A stretch of DNA of 64,000 nucleotides from Octopus bimaculoides (GCF_001194135.2 NC_068990.1:4276502-4340501); one strand, 5' to 3'; shown: positions 35,831 through 51,225, numbered from the stretch's first letter. Translations and numbers: made by a program. The notes: generated by a model from the sequence alone, not told the origin.

Positions 35831-38800
35831 GTTTATCTATATATAACTTAGTTATAGAATATGTATGTACATATATATATATATTTTGCATATGTTACAA
35901 CTTATGTAACAAGCATTGTTTTGCTATGAAATGTTGTAGTCCATGTTTTATTTGTCCCATTTCTTACATTTAAAAAATTTCTATTCACACTCTTAGCAAC
36001 TTTAATTGCTAAACCATGGTGACCCTCATTTTATTGAAATTCCTTTAATTTCAATAAGGGACAAAGTGTGTAACTTGCAATGTTAATAAATCTGTTTTAC
36101 TGTATATTGTCCACATTTTGTGATCTGTACAAGCTGCATTGATTCTCGAAGCTTACTAACTTCCCACTCTTGGATCCCTGGATTGTCTTACCCATTACTA
36201 TATACATATACATATATATATATACATAGATGCACACGTATTTCATAATCATAACTGAATTATTTTTTATATTTTAATTAAAAATACCAGCTCCAGAATG
36301 TTTGATGGTTTAAACAAAGATAATTTATTAAAAAGAATGCATAATCAAAAATTTCGAGTGGTTTTTAAAAAAATCCATGTTTAAATGTTAAGTACATTAT
36401 TTTCCTGTGACAACATCCACATGTGTGCCTCATTGTACAAATTGAGTACTAAACTGGCGTATAAACTTATATAAATACACTATATTAAAATCTAATTGAT
36501 TTTTTAGAAAAATTAAAACAGAAATGTGTGATTCCAACAATGTTAACTTTACAGCAATTGCACTTTTATGACCTACAACAGTAAAGTTCAAAGATTGTTA
36601 TCAAAGTTACTTTTTGTTTTGGTTAGGCTTTGTGAACTTTTTCAGTTTATTTAACACAGCAATTACTATAAATCTGACTAAACTCGTTTTCCCATACATC
36701 ATAGTATTAAAAAACAGAGTGTATTATAGATGAGAGGTATTTTTTGCAGGATTTCGTTGCTCATAATTAGTAATGTGTATTTTACATGTGTGCGTATTTA
36801 GTTCAAATAAATACAGTAATTACTTTTAGTAAAGCTAAGAAAATAAAACATAATCTATTTCTTATTGACTATCTTTCTACTGATAATATTAAAAACCTTT
36901 GTTAACAGCTCATGAGTCTTGCAACCATTTTAGACAAAGGGTCACTACATAAAGCAAATATTTAGAACAATTTAGCCTGGCCAAGTCTACTCTGTGTTTA
37001 ATTGTTAGTAGTCAAACAACTGAAAGCTGAGTTAAAATATTCAGTAATGAAGTTTTTATCCTTGGATAGCCAAATGAATGTAAATCATTACATTTATTAC
37101 AGAAGGTCTACTATGGTAATGGCTAGGAATTTATTGATAGTAGCATAGAGAGAAACATTACAGCAGAATACAATTTGAAAGAAGATCACAGGCTTGTTTG
37201 AAAATCCATTTTTCTATTTTAACAATGTCATGTTAAAAAGAAAAACATTTATGGGTTAATCAGAGGTTGAAAAGGTCAATATCCATAATTCTTTCCTTAA
37301 GGGTCTTTGAGTCTGATCAGAAGATGCTATTTTTAGACTAGAGACCATTACAACAGAGTGGACAATGTTAAAGGCATCCAAAGGCCATTTCAATGTGCTT
37401 GGCAAATATTAAAAAATTCAGAGTTAGTCTTTTTATAGCATTATAAATATTAGTCTTCTAACATAAGAAACTGAAAGAGAAGTTTCATTGTTTAAGGAGA
37501 AAATAAAATTTCATAAATCAAATTAAATTTTAGTTAATTTTTATCTATTTTGTTTGACAAGTTTTTAAGTTGTAAAACAGAAAACTGTGCAATTTCTGAG
37601 CTTATTAAATGGAGAATATGATTTCTGTTATGTTTAAAGCAGATATATAAGTTTCTTCATTGATAAAATCAGTATTTAGAGTGAAGCGAAAGGGGTCAAT
37701 ACTGATGAAGGAATGGTGAAGCATTAATCTCTACTAGTGACTAAAAATCAAATAAAAGGAGTGTTTTGTTATCCCAGTGGATAAGTGGTTACTTTTCCAT
37801 CAAAATTATACTAATGGAAAATATTTCATCCAAGCTGCAATTTCGTTTTAAATTATTGTTGCATTACAGTGTACAGTGCCTACATCCAATATTATATTAT
37901 CCAGGACTTGTGGTTAGTTAGTTAGTTGAGAGAAATGTTCTTCACAAGACCAATAATTTTCTTGTGTAGCCCAAAACTAAAATCAGAATGCCGATATCTT
38001 AAACAAATATATTAGCGATTTCATCAATCCTGAGATATACAAGTAAAATTAATGTATTTATGTTCAGTCTATATACCTAACAGGGCAATACTCAAACATC
38101 ATTATTAATGGTGATGATATTGTTTACATTTTTAGTTCTATATTTTAGCTATACACTCTATAATTTACTATGGAGCACTTGCAAGGTAATCCAAGGGTTG
38201 AAGATATTTAAAATGTTGGTGAGAGTAGTTACCTTTCTGGAAGCGATCTTATACATCAGTAATTTTAGTCAGGTTTGAAAAGGTCAGCAGAGAAAGATAA
38301 TTTTGAGAATCAACTTATTTAAAGCTCATGTTGATAGCCTTGTGGTATTATAACACATCAACAGTATATCAGATAGGTCAATTACTATACTTTAGTTGCC
38401 AGACCAATCCATTATTACAGAGGCTAACACACTGTGGTAGCTTAAAAAAATTGTGTATCAGCTTAATGAGATGTTAATTTATATTCCCTCATCTTCTTTA
38501 CCATCTGTACCATTTTAAATAAGTCAGCCTCAATATAATTGCTTCACTTGCCAGAAAATAATGGTCAAATTTTCAACCTAGTGTTTTTTATTAAAAAATA
38601 AATTTGCATTTGATAATGTAATCCAGAATAAATTGTCTGAAAAATGTGGGATGGTTATGGCTGGAATGCCTTTAATCATAGACAAGTGTTGACCAGGGTC
38701 TAAGAAAAAACAACATCATTATTGACTTTCCCAAAATGGGAAAACATAAGGATCAAAAACTAGATAATTTCAATTGATTAACAAACCATATTATATGTAA

Positions 38801-40361
38801 AGTAACTCAAATTAAACATTGTTTTCGGGGGCTAACAAATATGTAGGACCTAAGAAATTATTAACACAATTAAGTGAATTTATTTACTTCCAAGGAAAAT
38901 AATAAATATTTAGATATTAATTTTTCTTGAAACAATCTAAAACTTTCCAGTAAATTAATTCTTTACAAAGTTACAATTAAGCCATATATTTCATTGTAAA
39001 TATGTAAACATATAAAAACTATGAAAATGTAACATGTCGTCTTGACAACTATATTATTTTCCAAAATATACGATTGGTTAATTATTTACTAATTAATACA
39101 TTAGGTTCTTTTCTAATTGTGAAGCTAGCCAAAAATTCATGTGTTATTCATATGTTTCATAAAATATAATTAGATATGAAAACTTGGATGGAATAAACTA
39201 ATAGTTTATTTGAAATTTTTAATTAAAATTTTATAAAAAGTCGAGTAAAGTTTTGCTTCACTATAATTTGTTGCTAATTTAAAAGAATTATTTTGCTTTT
39301 AATTAGAGGAAGTTAAATTAGTTCCTATTTTCTCTTCTAGTTTACAAGAAAACAATTATAATTTCATCATCTAGAATGTATCTAATATAGTATTTTCCTA
39401 TTATAAAGAGGAGATACAGAGAGAAAAAAGAAAAGTGTTATATATTAATCATATATATGTTAAAGCTTGTTGCCATTAACTATGAAATTGTAACTATTGA
39501 GTCTTGTATTTAAGAAGCAAAAAAGCAAAGAAAAAAGAAGAGCATGAATATTTTCTTTCTCACTTTGTTGATATTATAAGCACAAAAAAAATTGGCTTTA
39601 AGGTGCCAGCACACACTTTCACCATTCTGCTTATGAATACAAACATGACTGCTGGACTTACAGGCTAAGTTGTGCAAGAAGACCACAACTTGGCTGTCAC
39701 AGGCTGTCTGAGATGCTTGTCATGAGAAACATTTTTTAGTTGTGCAAGCTTATTTGCACTACCATTCTTTGGCTTGACTCTGTTGGATAGGTTTTGAAAA
39801 TTTGGAGGTTTACAAATTGTTTATTATTATTTTCTTTTAACATTGACATTACCATACTTTTACTTGCCATTAAATATCCCAGCAGAAAAAAATGGAAAAG
39901 ACATTGCCCCAGAGTAGCCACTCTGAATCACGGTGCTCACATTTGCAGATAGCCATCTTCACCCTGATAGCAGTGAGAGGGGATATCTTCTGGGGTCTGA
40001 GAATGTCAGAGGTCTCTGTTGCCATAAGCTCAACTGTAAACCTACCAGAGATTCACCGATACTTTGACAGTTTGCCTTTCTCAGCCTGATGAGTAGCGAG
40101 GCCTGCTTATTCATAAAGTAGACATAGAAACTGTTTTCTGCTATGTAAAATAAGGCAATGTACATAAATATTGAAAAAAGGTGTTTTTTTAAAGAATATT
40201 TTTTATTACTTTTAATATTTTCACTGGTTATTACATTCAAAACTAGCCACTCCAGATATTTAAAAATCAGTATTAACATTTTATTAAACTCTTTCTGTAA
40301 TCCAGTATCTGGATTATAAGGAAAATAACTAATAAAAATTATTCACCTTCAAAAGTACTGT

Positions 40362-40434
40362 ATGTGTGTATATAAATCTGTGATTCTGTGTGTGTGTGTA
40401 TATATATATATATATGCATACATATGTGTATGTA

Positions 40435-40493
<59 letters not shown>

Positions 40494-40600
40494 GTAAACA
40501 GACATGTATGTGTGTATATACATACATACATACATATATGTATATTATATATATTTGTGTATTTATGTATATATATAGTTATATAAGACATATAAAGGAA
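40362..40600. repeat. Compound (TG)/(TA)/(TC) microsatellite block
   Basis: Direct reading. Similar blocks lie at 54581-54719 and 55630-55890. Confidence 0.9.
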
Positions 40601-41103
40601 TGAAGATATTTGTGTCACATTGATTACTTGGTTGCAATCATTTCAATAACAGGTTGCAAAGATCAATCATTTAACATGCTGGAACAAAAATAAACAATGA
40701 TTGTTCAACTTCATGTGATATCTAATGAAATCCAATCCTGTCATTTCATCATAACCCTCAAATGGTATAATATGCTTGCATATAGATAAATACAGTTACA
40801 AGTACAATAAGTGGGCGGAGCTTAGAATGTCATAGTAAGAAAATAATGACATTGATATGCCTAGAAAAAGACACAAAGTAAAGGGGTTAAAAAGGCAGAA
40901 AAGTGTGTATACTACTACATAATATCAATAGTGATGCCAAGACCAACTAACTCAGGCGAGGCAAAAATGGACACTGTAGTAAGCTGTCCAAGCAGAGAGG
41001 AGAGTATTCAAACTTGGATAGCAGTAAACAGTGATACTTGTAAACAAGCATTAATTAGAGGGAATGGGTATGTCAAGAGTAACTTCAAAGAAACAAGGAT
41101 GAG

Positions 41104-41158
<55 letters not shown>

Positions 41159-43783
41159 GGAAAATGTAAGAAGATAATGAAGAACAGAAAGATAGAAGTA
41201 AAACTGTTCAGTTAAAAAGGGCTGATTAACATCTCATGAAATTAAATAGAATAGTTAAATCATAATCAAAATATAATACAATAATATAATATATTAATAT
41301 AGTAAAATAAAATAATGATAATAATAATAATAATAGTAAAATTAGTACAACATACTGAATCAGTATATGGTTATACAAGAAAGTGAAAAATTGACATGGG
41401 AATTATTAAGATACTTGGGATCAATTTAATAAATGGATGATTAATATCCTAGAAAGTAGTTAATACCTTTACAAGGGATTAAAAGGGGTTGTAGGACTAT
41501 AAAATATGGAAAGAGATTAGAGAAGAATAATAGTAACAGTGAAAATTGAAGTGCAATCAATTGATATGTATATCTAATTTTATATAAAATTACAAAAGTT
41601 AGCTAAATGGAATCTTTAAAAAGGCTTTATTAAATTAATGTGAACAATGGATTAACAACTCAATAAGTTTATTAATTAGTCCAGACTTACAGCTTAGGAT
41701 TTCAAGTGCCTCTATGCAACATAAATTACAACTACCTCACCTCCTTTATATGAATATGAAATAGAGTGATCAGTTTCTATCATTGAAGTACCAAATGAAT
41801 TGTGTTAATGATGTAATATGTAATGTATACCTATTGAAAGAATGTCTGTGATTTTTCCATCTTGATTTGAATTTTGATTCTATAGCACCAAGACAGCAGT
41901 ATACTTTATTTGGTGTCTGGACAGAACGTTTATATACTATATTTGTCCAGAGACAATAGTTTCTTAAAGGAAATTAGTTTGATATGAATAGTTACACATA
42001 TCACCAGGTTTACAGAGTACTGAAGAATTATTGGTTGTATTGTTAATAGAGCTATTGTCAAGAAGAGGTATGGATATTTAGATGTGTGTGTGTATGCATA
42101 TATGTATGCATGTGTATGCATTTATATGTATGTAAGTCGCAAAATCAGGATGTAGGAGAGGTGAACATATATCTACTTTACCACATGATATCCTTAGAAT
42201 TACTGCTATTTGGTAACCTTCTTCATGTAGTATTTTAATTTCAGTGTGGAAGAAATTATGTTTACATGTTTGCATTAATATGTATGCTTAATATTGTACA
42301 ATTGTATATTCACAAGTTAATGTAAATAAAGAAAGCTAGCTCATCAGATCACCAGATATAATGATTCAACTATATGTATGTATGTTTGTTTGTAAATCCT
42401 AATCTAATCAATAATAGATTAGACCTTAGGGTATCATGTGTGCATTGCTCTACTCGCACTTTTAAATTTTTTAAAAAATAGGACTTTTATTTAAACAACT
42501 AAAGTTATCAAAATTTATAGTACCTTACTTCTATTATAGTCATCTAGAACTATCAACTAGCACATATTTATTTTGGTAATTGAAACTTTACAACATATAT
42601 TCCTGATCTCTATCCTTAACATCTAATCTACTTAAATCAGTCATCAGATTCCTGTATTGATTATCCTTGTTATTTCCTAACATCCTTTCTTTTCTCAGTC
42701 CCTTAAACATCAGTATACACATTATTATAAACTAATATAAATCCGATAATAATTNNNNNNNNNNNNNNNNNNNNNNNNNNNNNNNNNNNNNNNNNNNNNN
42801 NNNNNNNNNNNNNNNNNNNNNNNNNNNNNNNNNNNNNNNNNNNNNNNNNNNNNNNNNNNNNNNNNNNNNNNNNNNNNNNNNNNNNNNNNNNNNNNNNNNN
42901 NNNNNNNNNNNNNNNNNNNNNNNNNNNNNNNNNNNNNNNNNNNNNNNNNNNNNNNNNNNNNNNNNNNNNNNNNNNNNNNNNNNNNNNNNNNNNNNNNNNN
43001 NNNNNNNNNNNNNNNNNNNNNNNNNNNNNNNNNNNNNNNNNNNNNNNNNNNNNNNNNNNNNNNNNNNNNNNNNNNNNNNNNNNNNNNNNNNNNNNNNNNN
43101 NNNNNNNNNNNNNNNNNNNNNNNNNNNNNNNNNNNNNNNNNNNNNNNNNNNNNNNNNNNNNNNNNNNNNNNNNNNNNNNNNNNNNNNNNNNNNNNNNNNN
43201 NNNNNNNNNNNNNNNNNNNNNNNNNNNNNNNNNNNNNNNNNNNNNNNNNNNNNNNNNNNNNNNNNNNNNNNNNNNNNNNNNNNNNNNNNNNNNNNNNNNN
43301 NNNNNNNNNNNNNNNNNNNNNNNNNNNNNNNNNNNNNNNNNNNNNNNNNNNNNNNNNNNNNNNNNNNNNNNNNNNNNNNNNNNNNNNNNNNNNNNNNNNN
43401 NNNNNNNNNNNNNNNNNNNNNNNNNNNNNNNNNNNNNNNNNNNNNNNNNNNNNNNNNNNNNNNNNNNNNNNNNNNNNNNNNNNNNNNNNNNNNNNNNNNN
43501 NNNNNNNNNNNNNNNNNNNNNNNNNNNNNNNNNNNNNTAAGGTAATGCTCACATTACTTAAATAAATTGAAGTAGCATGAAACGTGCGTACTGCAATCAC
43601 TTTTGAAATCCGTGTTGCTTATTATTTGATTTTAATCACCCATCCTTTTGGGATGTGAAATTCGGGTGCCTTCGCATAAGTACCATATTCAAGCCTTGAA
43701 TCTATATCTAAACCGTATATATATATATATATATATATATACATTATATATAATGGAGAGAGAGAGGGAGAGTGAGAAGAAGA

Positions 43784-43833
<50 letters not shown>

Positions 43834-43974
43834 GTAGGTAATTATGTGGATAAACAAATTAAATATAACAGCTTGGGTTTGATCTACAAAATATGTATAT
43901 ATGCATATATGCAAAAACGAGAGAAAGCAAAAACTGAAGGACTTTCAGACAATGAATATTTAAGATTTGATTTT

Positions 43975-44200
43975 ATTTTTGTCAAATGAGAAAAATTTCG
44001 ACCAACATCAAAAAATTAACAGAAGAAATGACAGATGGTTATGTGCAGATCCTTCTCAAGTTCCAAGTGTTATGCATACAAAATTTCCTGTAACTGTAAT
44101 GGCTTTAGGGATTGTCAGCAATGAAGGACATGTGATGCCTCCCTACTTCTTTCCACAAGTTAGCTCTGCCACCTACATTGAAGTCCTGGAAATAATTGTT
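43975..44200 (+). pseudogene. Tc1/mariner (DD37D/maT-like) transposase fragment
   Basis: LSNEKNFDQHQKINRRNDRWLCADPSQVPSVMHTKFPVTVMALGIVSNEGHVMPPYFFPQ..ATYIEVLE. This matches the FSDEK..N..NDRW / TKFP..VMV.G.VS..G motifs of this clade. Confidence 0.8.
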
Positions 44201-44832
44201 TTTCGTGTTTATGCTATTAAAGAGAACAGTCTTTTAAGTGATAATATTGTTGTGGTAGTGTTGAAGGTGTTTATATCAGTACTGTCTTAGTCATGGGCTA
44301 AATGCTAATCTATGTATGTTGTGACTTGTCGATAGATAAATACTATATACCTCACAATATTGTTTTGTTTTGAGGTCTATAATGCTGTTAACACTGCTCT
44401 GATTAATGTTACAGATGATTTCAATAATCTCTTCATACAATCATAGTAATCTGCTAAATAATAATTACTCTAGGTTTTGCTGTGGTTCTTTGTGTCTCAT
44501 CTCTAATAACTACATTTTAGTTGGCCACTTTAAAACTTGTAGAAATTAATAATTCACTTGCATTTTACAGAATCATGTTATTTTGTCTCATGTTGATATT
44601 TAATCTACATTAAATATTGTTAACAAATATTGTAAACTCTTACACATTATTTTGATTGGCAGTTTCATTTTAAATGTCAATACACAATGCAGCAATTATA
44701 AAATGTTCTCAGTTTTTCAATTTCAAACACAAAGATGACACTTTTACCACCGAACTATACACATTAATGTGCACAATATGGATTATGAATGAACAGGTTA
44801 ATACAATTACATATCCCCAAGCTCAAAGACAG

Positions 44833-44905
44833 ACAATATTTACTTGCTGTTTCAACCTAACTGTCAAAGTTTCTTTGATAGGTTGAAACAGCAAGTAAAT
44901 ATTGT
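44833..44905. other. 73-nt hairpin with perfect 27-bp arms
   Basis: acaatatttacttgctgtttcaaccta (44833-44859) is the exact reverse complement of 44879-44905. An inner stem tcaaag/ctttga closes a ttt loop after a 4-nt bulge. Confidence 0.9.
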
Positions 44906-47112
44906 TGGATCAATTTTAGAGGTTTTAACATATAACTGACTACAATTTATAAATGATTTTAGCCATTAATCCAAACTCCATAATAGTTATAATCCTGATG
45001 AGTCATTTTCAAAATTACATGCTATTTTCAAATTTAGTTATAAAGTAGAATTCTCATGATATATAATCATCACTTCATAGCTTTGTTAAAAGAAACTTAA
45101 ACAAAACAAGCAAAAATGATACAGCAAACCAAATGAAATTTTTTTTAATGTGTTAATAATTAAATTCTAGAAACTTAGCTAATAAAAACAACTTTAGGAA
45201 GACAAAAAACAAAATCAAAATGTCGTTTTATGAGGATATAAAAACATTTACTTCAGAGTAAATGCTTTAGTAAAATATTTTAAGTGGATGAAGTGATGGA
45301 GTGAATTTTATGAGAAGAACATGTCATCAAAAAGTCAGAAACATCTAGTATTTAGTGTTCTACAAAAAGAGAAAGTGTAGGCTGAAAGCTTTTTATTCTA
45401 TTTCACTAATCAATTACTTTATGTTCATAGATATATAGGTTATTAGCTTACTAATAGTATCAACTTCAAAGCCATTATTCTTGTTCCTCCATTTATTTAG
45501 TAATGTAATTTTCATCCTAATTAGCATTAATGATCTTTATCATTTGTTTTCTCTGCATAGTTTAAATAAAGGCTATTTGTTTTTCTTGTGCGTACTCCAA
45601 ATATTAAATTACCGATACTATCCTTTTTTTTTTTATTTAACAAGGTTTTCTCACTTTCATTATCAGCTTCTGTACTGTCATATTGGCTGGTTTCATTTCT
45701 GTTTCAAATATCAAGCTTTGCCAGTCATTTAATATTTTGTTTCTCATTCAGTTCTTCTTGGTATTCAAATGAAGACAATTGAATTCAAAAAAGTCTTTGA
45801 TCCATTTTTTGGTTCAGTCACCTATCTCGTTTCCCACTTATATTAATGTTTCAAGGAGAAATTATCCTCTCCAGTGGGAGAGAATCAACCAAGAACTCCA
45901 AGAATCTATAGTGAAGGCATTTCCTTTCTAGAAATTGCTGAAGGAAATGTTTTGGAATTTTTTTGCGGATGTGAAATTAAAAGTAAAAATAAACAACAAA
46001 TATAAATATTTTTATGTCTCTATTTCAGCAACAAATAAATCTGTCTTTTAAAAGATTAATATGTTTATAGCTAAATGCCAACAGTATTGTAGGCATTCTA
46101 TATAGTGGGTGGATTAATAGTTATTTCGCAGTGTTTTCTCAAATGATATTACATAATGTTTGTGAAAATTGAGAACCATGTATCTGAAACCTTAACAAAT
46201 CAGCCTAAAACATCTAAATGTAAGATGCATCAAGAAAAAAATGGAGAGAAAGTATATATTATTTAATTTGATTTATTGCTAAGTTTTCTGGTTAATATTT
46301 GTTGCCGAGTTTAACATTTTATATTACAGTGGTTAGTTAACGCAGGGAAAATATTTGATTGTCAAAAGTCTTTCAATAATAAAAATTCTCTGTCCTCTTG
46401 TGATAATCTTCTTCATATGTCATTGCTATACTAAATCTAATTTGTTGGGCAGCACAACAACATTCCATGATTAATGCTTTTATTCTTTATCTTTAAGGTT
46501 GAATAGATATTAATAAATTTACTTGTAGTACTAATCAGATTTACACTAATAACAGAAGGCACATATATATGGAAAGACATAAAAATGTAGAAAACAGGTG
46601 TAGGATTGTGACAAGTAAAGTCTTTCACCTAAAATTTGCTCAAGTACAATACATACATTTACATTCCCATGAAAAATTATTATATTTTCATTTTCCTTTC
46701 TACTCATATGTCTAGTTTTTTCTTGTTCTGGTCTTCATAGTTGTTTTTATGAATTTTTTATACTTTTTTCCCGTTGTGACTGTATGATAATAGAGTTAGC
46801 AAGAAGACACAGTTGAAATAAAGCCTGGAGACCTTTATAATCCCTGTCCAATTCATTAATTGCAAGCAACATATATTATTTTTATATATTTTTTTTTATT
46901 CTGACAGTGACTGACAACATTAAATTAAAAGGTTAAGCCTAGAAATCCTGAACCTAGGATGCAAACAACACAACTCAACAAACATATATATTTGAAATAT
47001 GGAAATAGAAATAGTGTGAAGTATGCTGTTTCAAAATTATTATTATTTGAGTAATGTGTACATACACATGCAAGATAATGAATCATTATTATAATTATCA
47101 TCATCATGTCCT

Positions 47113-47153
<41 letters not shown>

Positions 47154-48651
47154 GAATTATTTTTATTCACACACATATAGTTTCAGATAAGGAAGTGAAC
47201 TCTTAAGGTTAAGGGAATGGTTGCAAAATTGGAATCTTTATATTTCTACCAGATACTGAGTTAGTAGTGAACAGGGGAAGGAAGATAGAGGGTGACAGTG
47301 AAGAATCATGATACAGGGATCACATTTTGTATTCTGGTACCTACCTTAGATTGCTGACAAGGGATGAAGAACGTCTGAAATATTGTGGAAATATAAACAG
47401 TTTATTGTCAAGTGCATTTTGAAACTTGCTTAAGAGTATACAATTATCCCTGACTACACCTAGAAATATCTCGGCTCTTTATCGCATAGTTTTCATTCAG
47501 GGGAGACTTATCAAATAAGATTTATAACAAAACAAAATGCTTAGAAGGGAAAAAAATGGAAATCAAAAGTTATAACAATTCATTATTTGTATCATTAAAA
47601 TTTTTCTTTTAAAAGTCAATAAAGACAACAGAGATGGATAAAAATTCCTGTGTATTCCTCTGCAAAAAATCTTGATCATTATATTTTGAAGAGAAAAATT
47701 TCTCAAAATACTTTTTATTGTAAATAAAACTTTTTTAAAAATGTGTACTTTTAATAAAAAAATTAATTTTTAAAGATTACTGGATAAACACATTAGAAAA
47801 TTTTTAATGACATCCAAACATTAAATTGTTCTGTCTATAATTCTGTATATTTTTAATTTGAATGTTCTGATGCATATCATGTGTAATTTCAATTTCAAAA
47901 TCAGATATGTTTGTTGAATTAGGACACATGCACTGTAAGTATATAATGGGTTTGTAATATGTGTTCTGTTATAAAACTACAAGTTCACTACTCTATCCAT
48001 ATAAGTATTTTAATGCTATAATCCACAACAGAATAATTCTTTAGTCAATAATGTGTGGGTATATATATAGACACACACATACATAGCTGTTATTAAACTT
48101 AAGGTCTTTTTAAATCAGACAGGCCAGCCTGTAGATATAACAGATTTTTGGCAGCCGGTTTGATTAATAAATTACATATCTAAAGTCCAATGATTGAAGG
48201 AAGGAAAAAAAAGTTTTGTTTTTGATTTTATAATGCAGTGTATCTCATGGAGCTGGGGTAGAGCTGCAATGATTTAAAAGAGAGCAGACAAATTGCAATG
48301 TTTAAAAAAAATTGAAATTGTTGTGGACCGTTTAACTTTTCAAATACCTTGGCAAAGGAAAAAAAAATTTATGAATGCAAACTCTATTTTATCTTATAAA
48401 TAATGATGGATGGGGACAAAAAATTTCATATCCTTTAACAAGGCCTTGTACTTCTCTCTTGAGAATCACTACTATAATGTCTATAGAATAAATCTATAGA
48501 TCTTGGCCAACAGTCTAGTATATCTTAGCATAAAGAAAACAATTACTACAAAACCACAAGTGATTTATTAATCATATTAGCTGGCAAAAATAAATTCTGT
48601 TTGAGAATTGACTTATCTGATTTAATAAAACTCTTTTAATAGCGAATATAG

Positions 48652-48683
<32 letters not shown>

Positions 48684-48714
48684 ACCGAAATCAAATCAAA
48701 TTTGCAAATTCGAT

Positions 48715-49108
48715 GACTGGCACCCATGCCAGTGGAGTGGTAAGAGCACCATCCAGCGTGATCGCTGCCAGAGCAGCTGACTGGCTTCCGTGCTGGTGGC
48801 ACATAAAAAGCACCATTCGAGTGTGATCGTTACCAGCATCGCCTTACTGACACTTGTGCCGGTGGCACATGAAAAAACATTTGAGCGAGGTCGTTGCCAG
48901 TACTGCCTGACTGGCCCTCGCGTCAGTGGCACATAAAAGTACCCACTACACTCTTGGAGTGGTTGGTGCTAGGAAGGGCATCCAGCTGTAGAAACTCTGC
49001 CACATCAGATTGAAGCCTGGTGCAGCCATCTGGTTCGCCAGTCCTCAGTCAAATCATCCAACCCATGCTAGCATGGAAAGTGGATGTTAAATGATGATGA
49101 TGATGATA
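48715..49108 (+). mobile_element. Family A copy (sense orientation)
   Basis: Repeated ggtggcacataaaaagcacc units, aggaagggcatccagctgtagaaac, CATGCTAGCATG at 49064-49075 and a (GAT)n tail. Confidence 0.88.
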
Positions 49109-50269
49109 TATAGAGTTGACTTAGAATCCATAAGTCAGAAAAATATGCACTTGTATATTTCTATGTGGGTATATAAAAAAAAAAATTATACAGTATTATA
49201 AATCCATTTACAGCTGATCTTCTCAATCTGTTTTAAACTAGTTATTAAAACTGTATGTTAGATAACTGCTCAGTTAAGTTGTAAAGGGCATTATTTTTTA
49301 CAATTCCTATCATCTCTGAAGAGCACGTGATATTACTTTACTATGCTGTTATCTAACATCTGGTTTTAATACCCTGTGTGAAACTAATTGATAAGATTGG
49401 CGGGACAGGTACAGTCCTACTGTGTAGTACCTTTCTAGTCATTTGACTAGAAATTCTTCAAGGTGGCACCCCAGTATGGCTCCAATCTAATGACTGAAAC
49501 AAGTAAAATATAAAGATAACACACACACACACACACATAAGAATTTCTAGCTGAGTGACTCTACCTCAGTACTTATTTTATTTCAAAGCCTGGTACTTAT
49601 TCTATCAGACACTTTTTTCTTAAACCACTAATTTACATGGAAGTAAATAGTCCAACACTGGTTGTCAAGTGCTGGTGTAATCAGTTGCCTTACACACACA
49701 ATATTAGCTGAGATATATAGGTTTCTTCTGTAGTATATTATTGTTAAAAATGAACACTGCTAACACATCTGTAATGCATTATGTCAATAACAGTGTAGTG
49801 ATTATTGGTAAAATGATTAACAAAGAAGTCCATAATAATAGAAATACTTTTACTTTTATTTCTAAAAAATGTCTATCTGTCTTAAAATTAATTCTATTTC
49901 TTGAGGAAGCTTAATTAAACTCTTTAGTTGTAAGGATTGAAGGAAATTTATGATATGAATTTCTATGTTTTTAAAACTGCTTTCTGAAAATTTGGAAATC
50001 TTACCATATAATGATTGTGTCTATTGAATTTTAAGCTTATATTTCTAAAAGAAAGGTATACATTCTTGTAACTATGAACAGATTAAAAAAGTTCTCACAC
50101 AGAATATTTTTGTACAAAATAAATAAATACATGCATTTTACTTTTATGCATTGAGCACTTTGTTTTAAATTGAGCTTACTCCTTATTGTTTTTGTTATAG
50201 GAATACTCAACAATACCAATAGATACATAAAGTGTTTCAGCTGATCATATATTACCTGTGCTTTGGCAG

Positions 50270-50400
50270 AGTTTGTTTACCAACTAGCACTGTCAAACTG
50301 AGACTATGATATAAAATACCTGCCAAAATTGCCATGCAGTGTGATTGAAAATGGTACAATATGGTTGTGAAGTAAACTTCTTAGATACACAGACATGCTT
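50270..50400 (-). mobile_element. SINE family B head (degenerate)
   Basis: Reverse complement aagaagtttacttcacaaccat...cactgcatggcaattttggcaggt resembles the family B head. Confidence 0.5.
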
Positions 50401-50664
50401 GTATGTGTGGTAAAGATGATTCATATTTCCTATAAATTTAATTGGTAATTGCAACATACTCAATACAGACTAGTTTTATCTATTCTCTCCATCTTGAAGA
50501 AAAATAAAAAAGGAAAATGAAAGGTATGTGGTAAACACTTGAACATAGAACGAAGAAATACAAATACAGATTTTATATAAAATATTACCACTGTTCTACC
50601 AGTGCTTAAATGTGATATGAATAAATGGTTGCAATGTGAAATCAAAAGAAGTAGAAAGATTCTA

Positions 50665-51118
50665 AAGCTGTGTAGTTAAGAAGCTCACTTTTCAACAATG
50701 TGGTTTCAAGCTTAGTTCCAATGTGTGGCACCTTGGTTAAGTGTCTTCTATTGTAACCCTTGGCTGACCAATGCTTTGTGAGTGAATTTAGTAGACAAAA
50801 ACTGTATGAAAGCAGCTCTGTGTGTGTGTATACATACATTCAGACATATGTATATGTATACATATATATGTACGAATATGTATATATTTGCGTGCGAGTA
50901 TGTATGGCTTTGTATTTACATTTGTCCCCTGCTGCTTCTTGAAAACGGGTGTTGGTTTTCTTACATCCCTATGACTTAATGGCCTTGTAAAAGAGACTGA
51001 TAGAATAAGTACCAGACTTTTAAAAATATGTACTAAGGTCAACTTTTAAACGGAACCCTACCAAGCAGTGCCCCAGAATGGTTGCAATCCAGTGACTGAA
51101 ACAAGTAAAAAATAAAAG
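50665..51118 (+). mobile_element. SINE family B, full length
   Basis: Head gtagttaagaagctc...gtggcaccttggttaagtgtcttcta, a (TA/TG) spacer and tail gactgaaacaagtaaaaaataaaag. Confidence 0.85.
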
Positions 51119-51225
51119 TCAAAGGTTTAAATATAACATACACACACAACCTTTTAAATTTATTTATTATCAAATACCCAAATATTCTTAGTGACTACTC
51201 ATAATTATCAATGGATGTGTAATCA

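Noticed and set aside
39890-40100. Moderately GC-rich block with CTGATGAG and short ORFs
   Set aside because: No GAAA partner for a hammerhead, no recognisable peptide and no convincing splice pair.
40339-40618. ORFs rich in YI, ER and HT dipeptides (also at 54.5 and 55.6 kb)
   Set aside because: Translations of dinucleotide microsatellites.
42725-43600. 291-aa ORF, the longest in the track, and other X-rich ORFs at 1.1, 30.3 and 55.6 kb
   Set aside because: These are artefacts of translating through N gaps.
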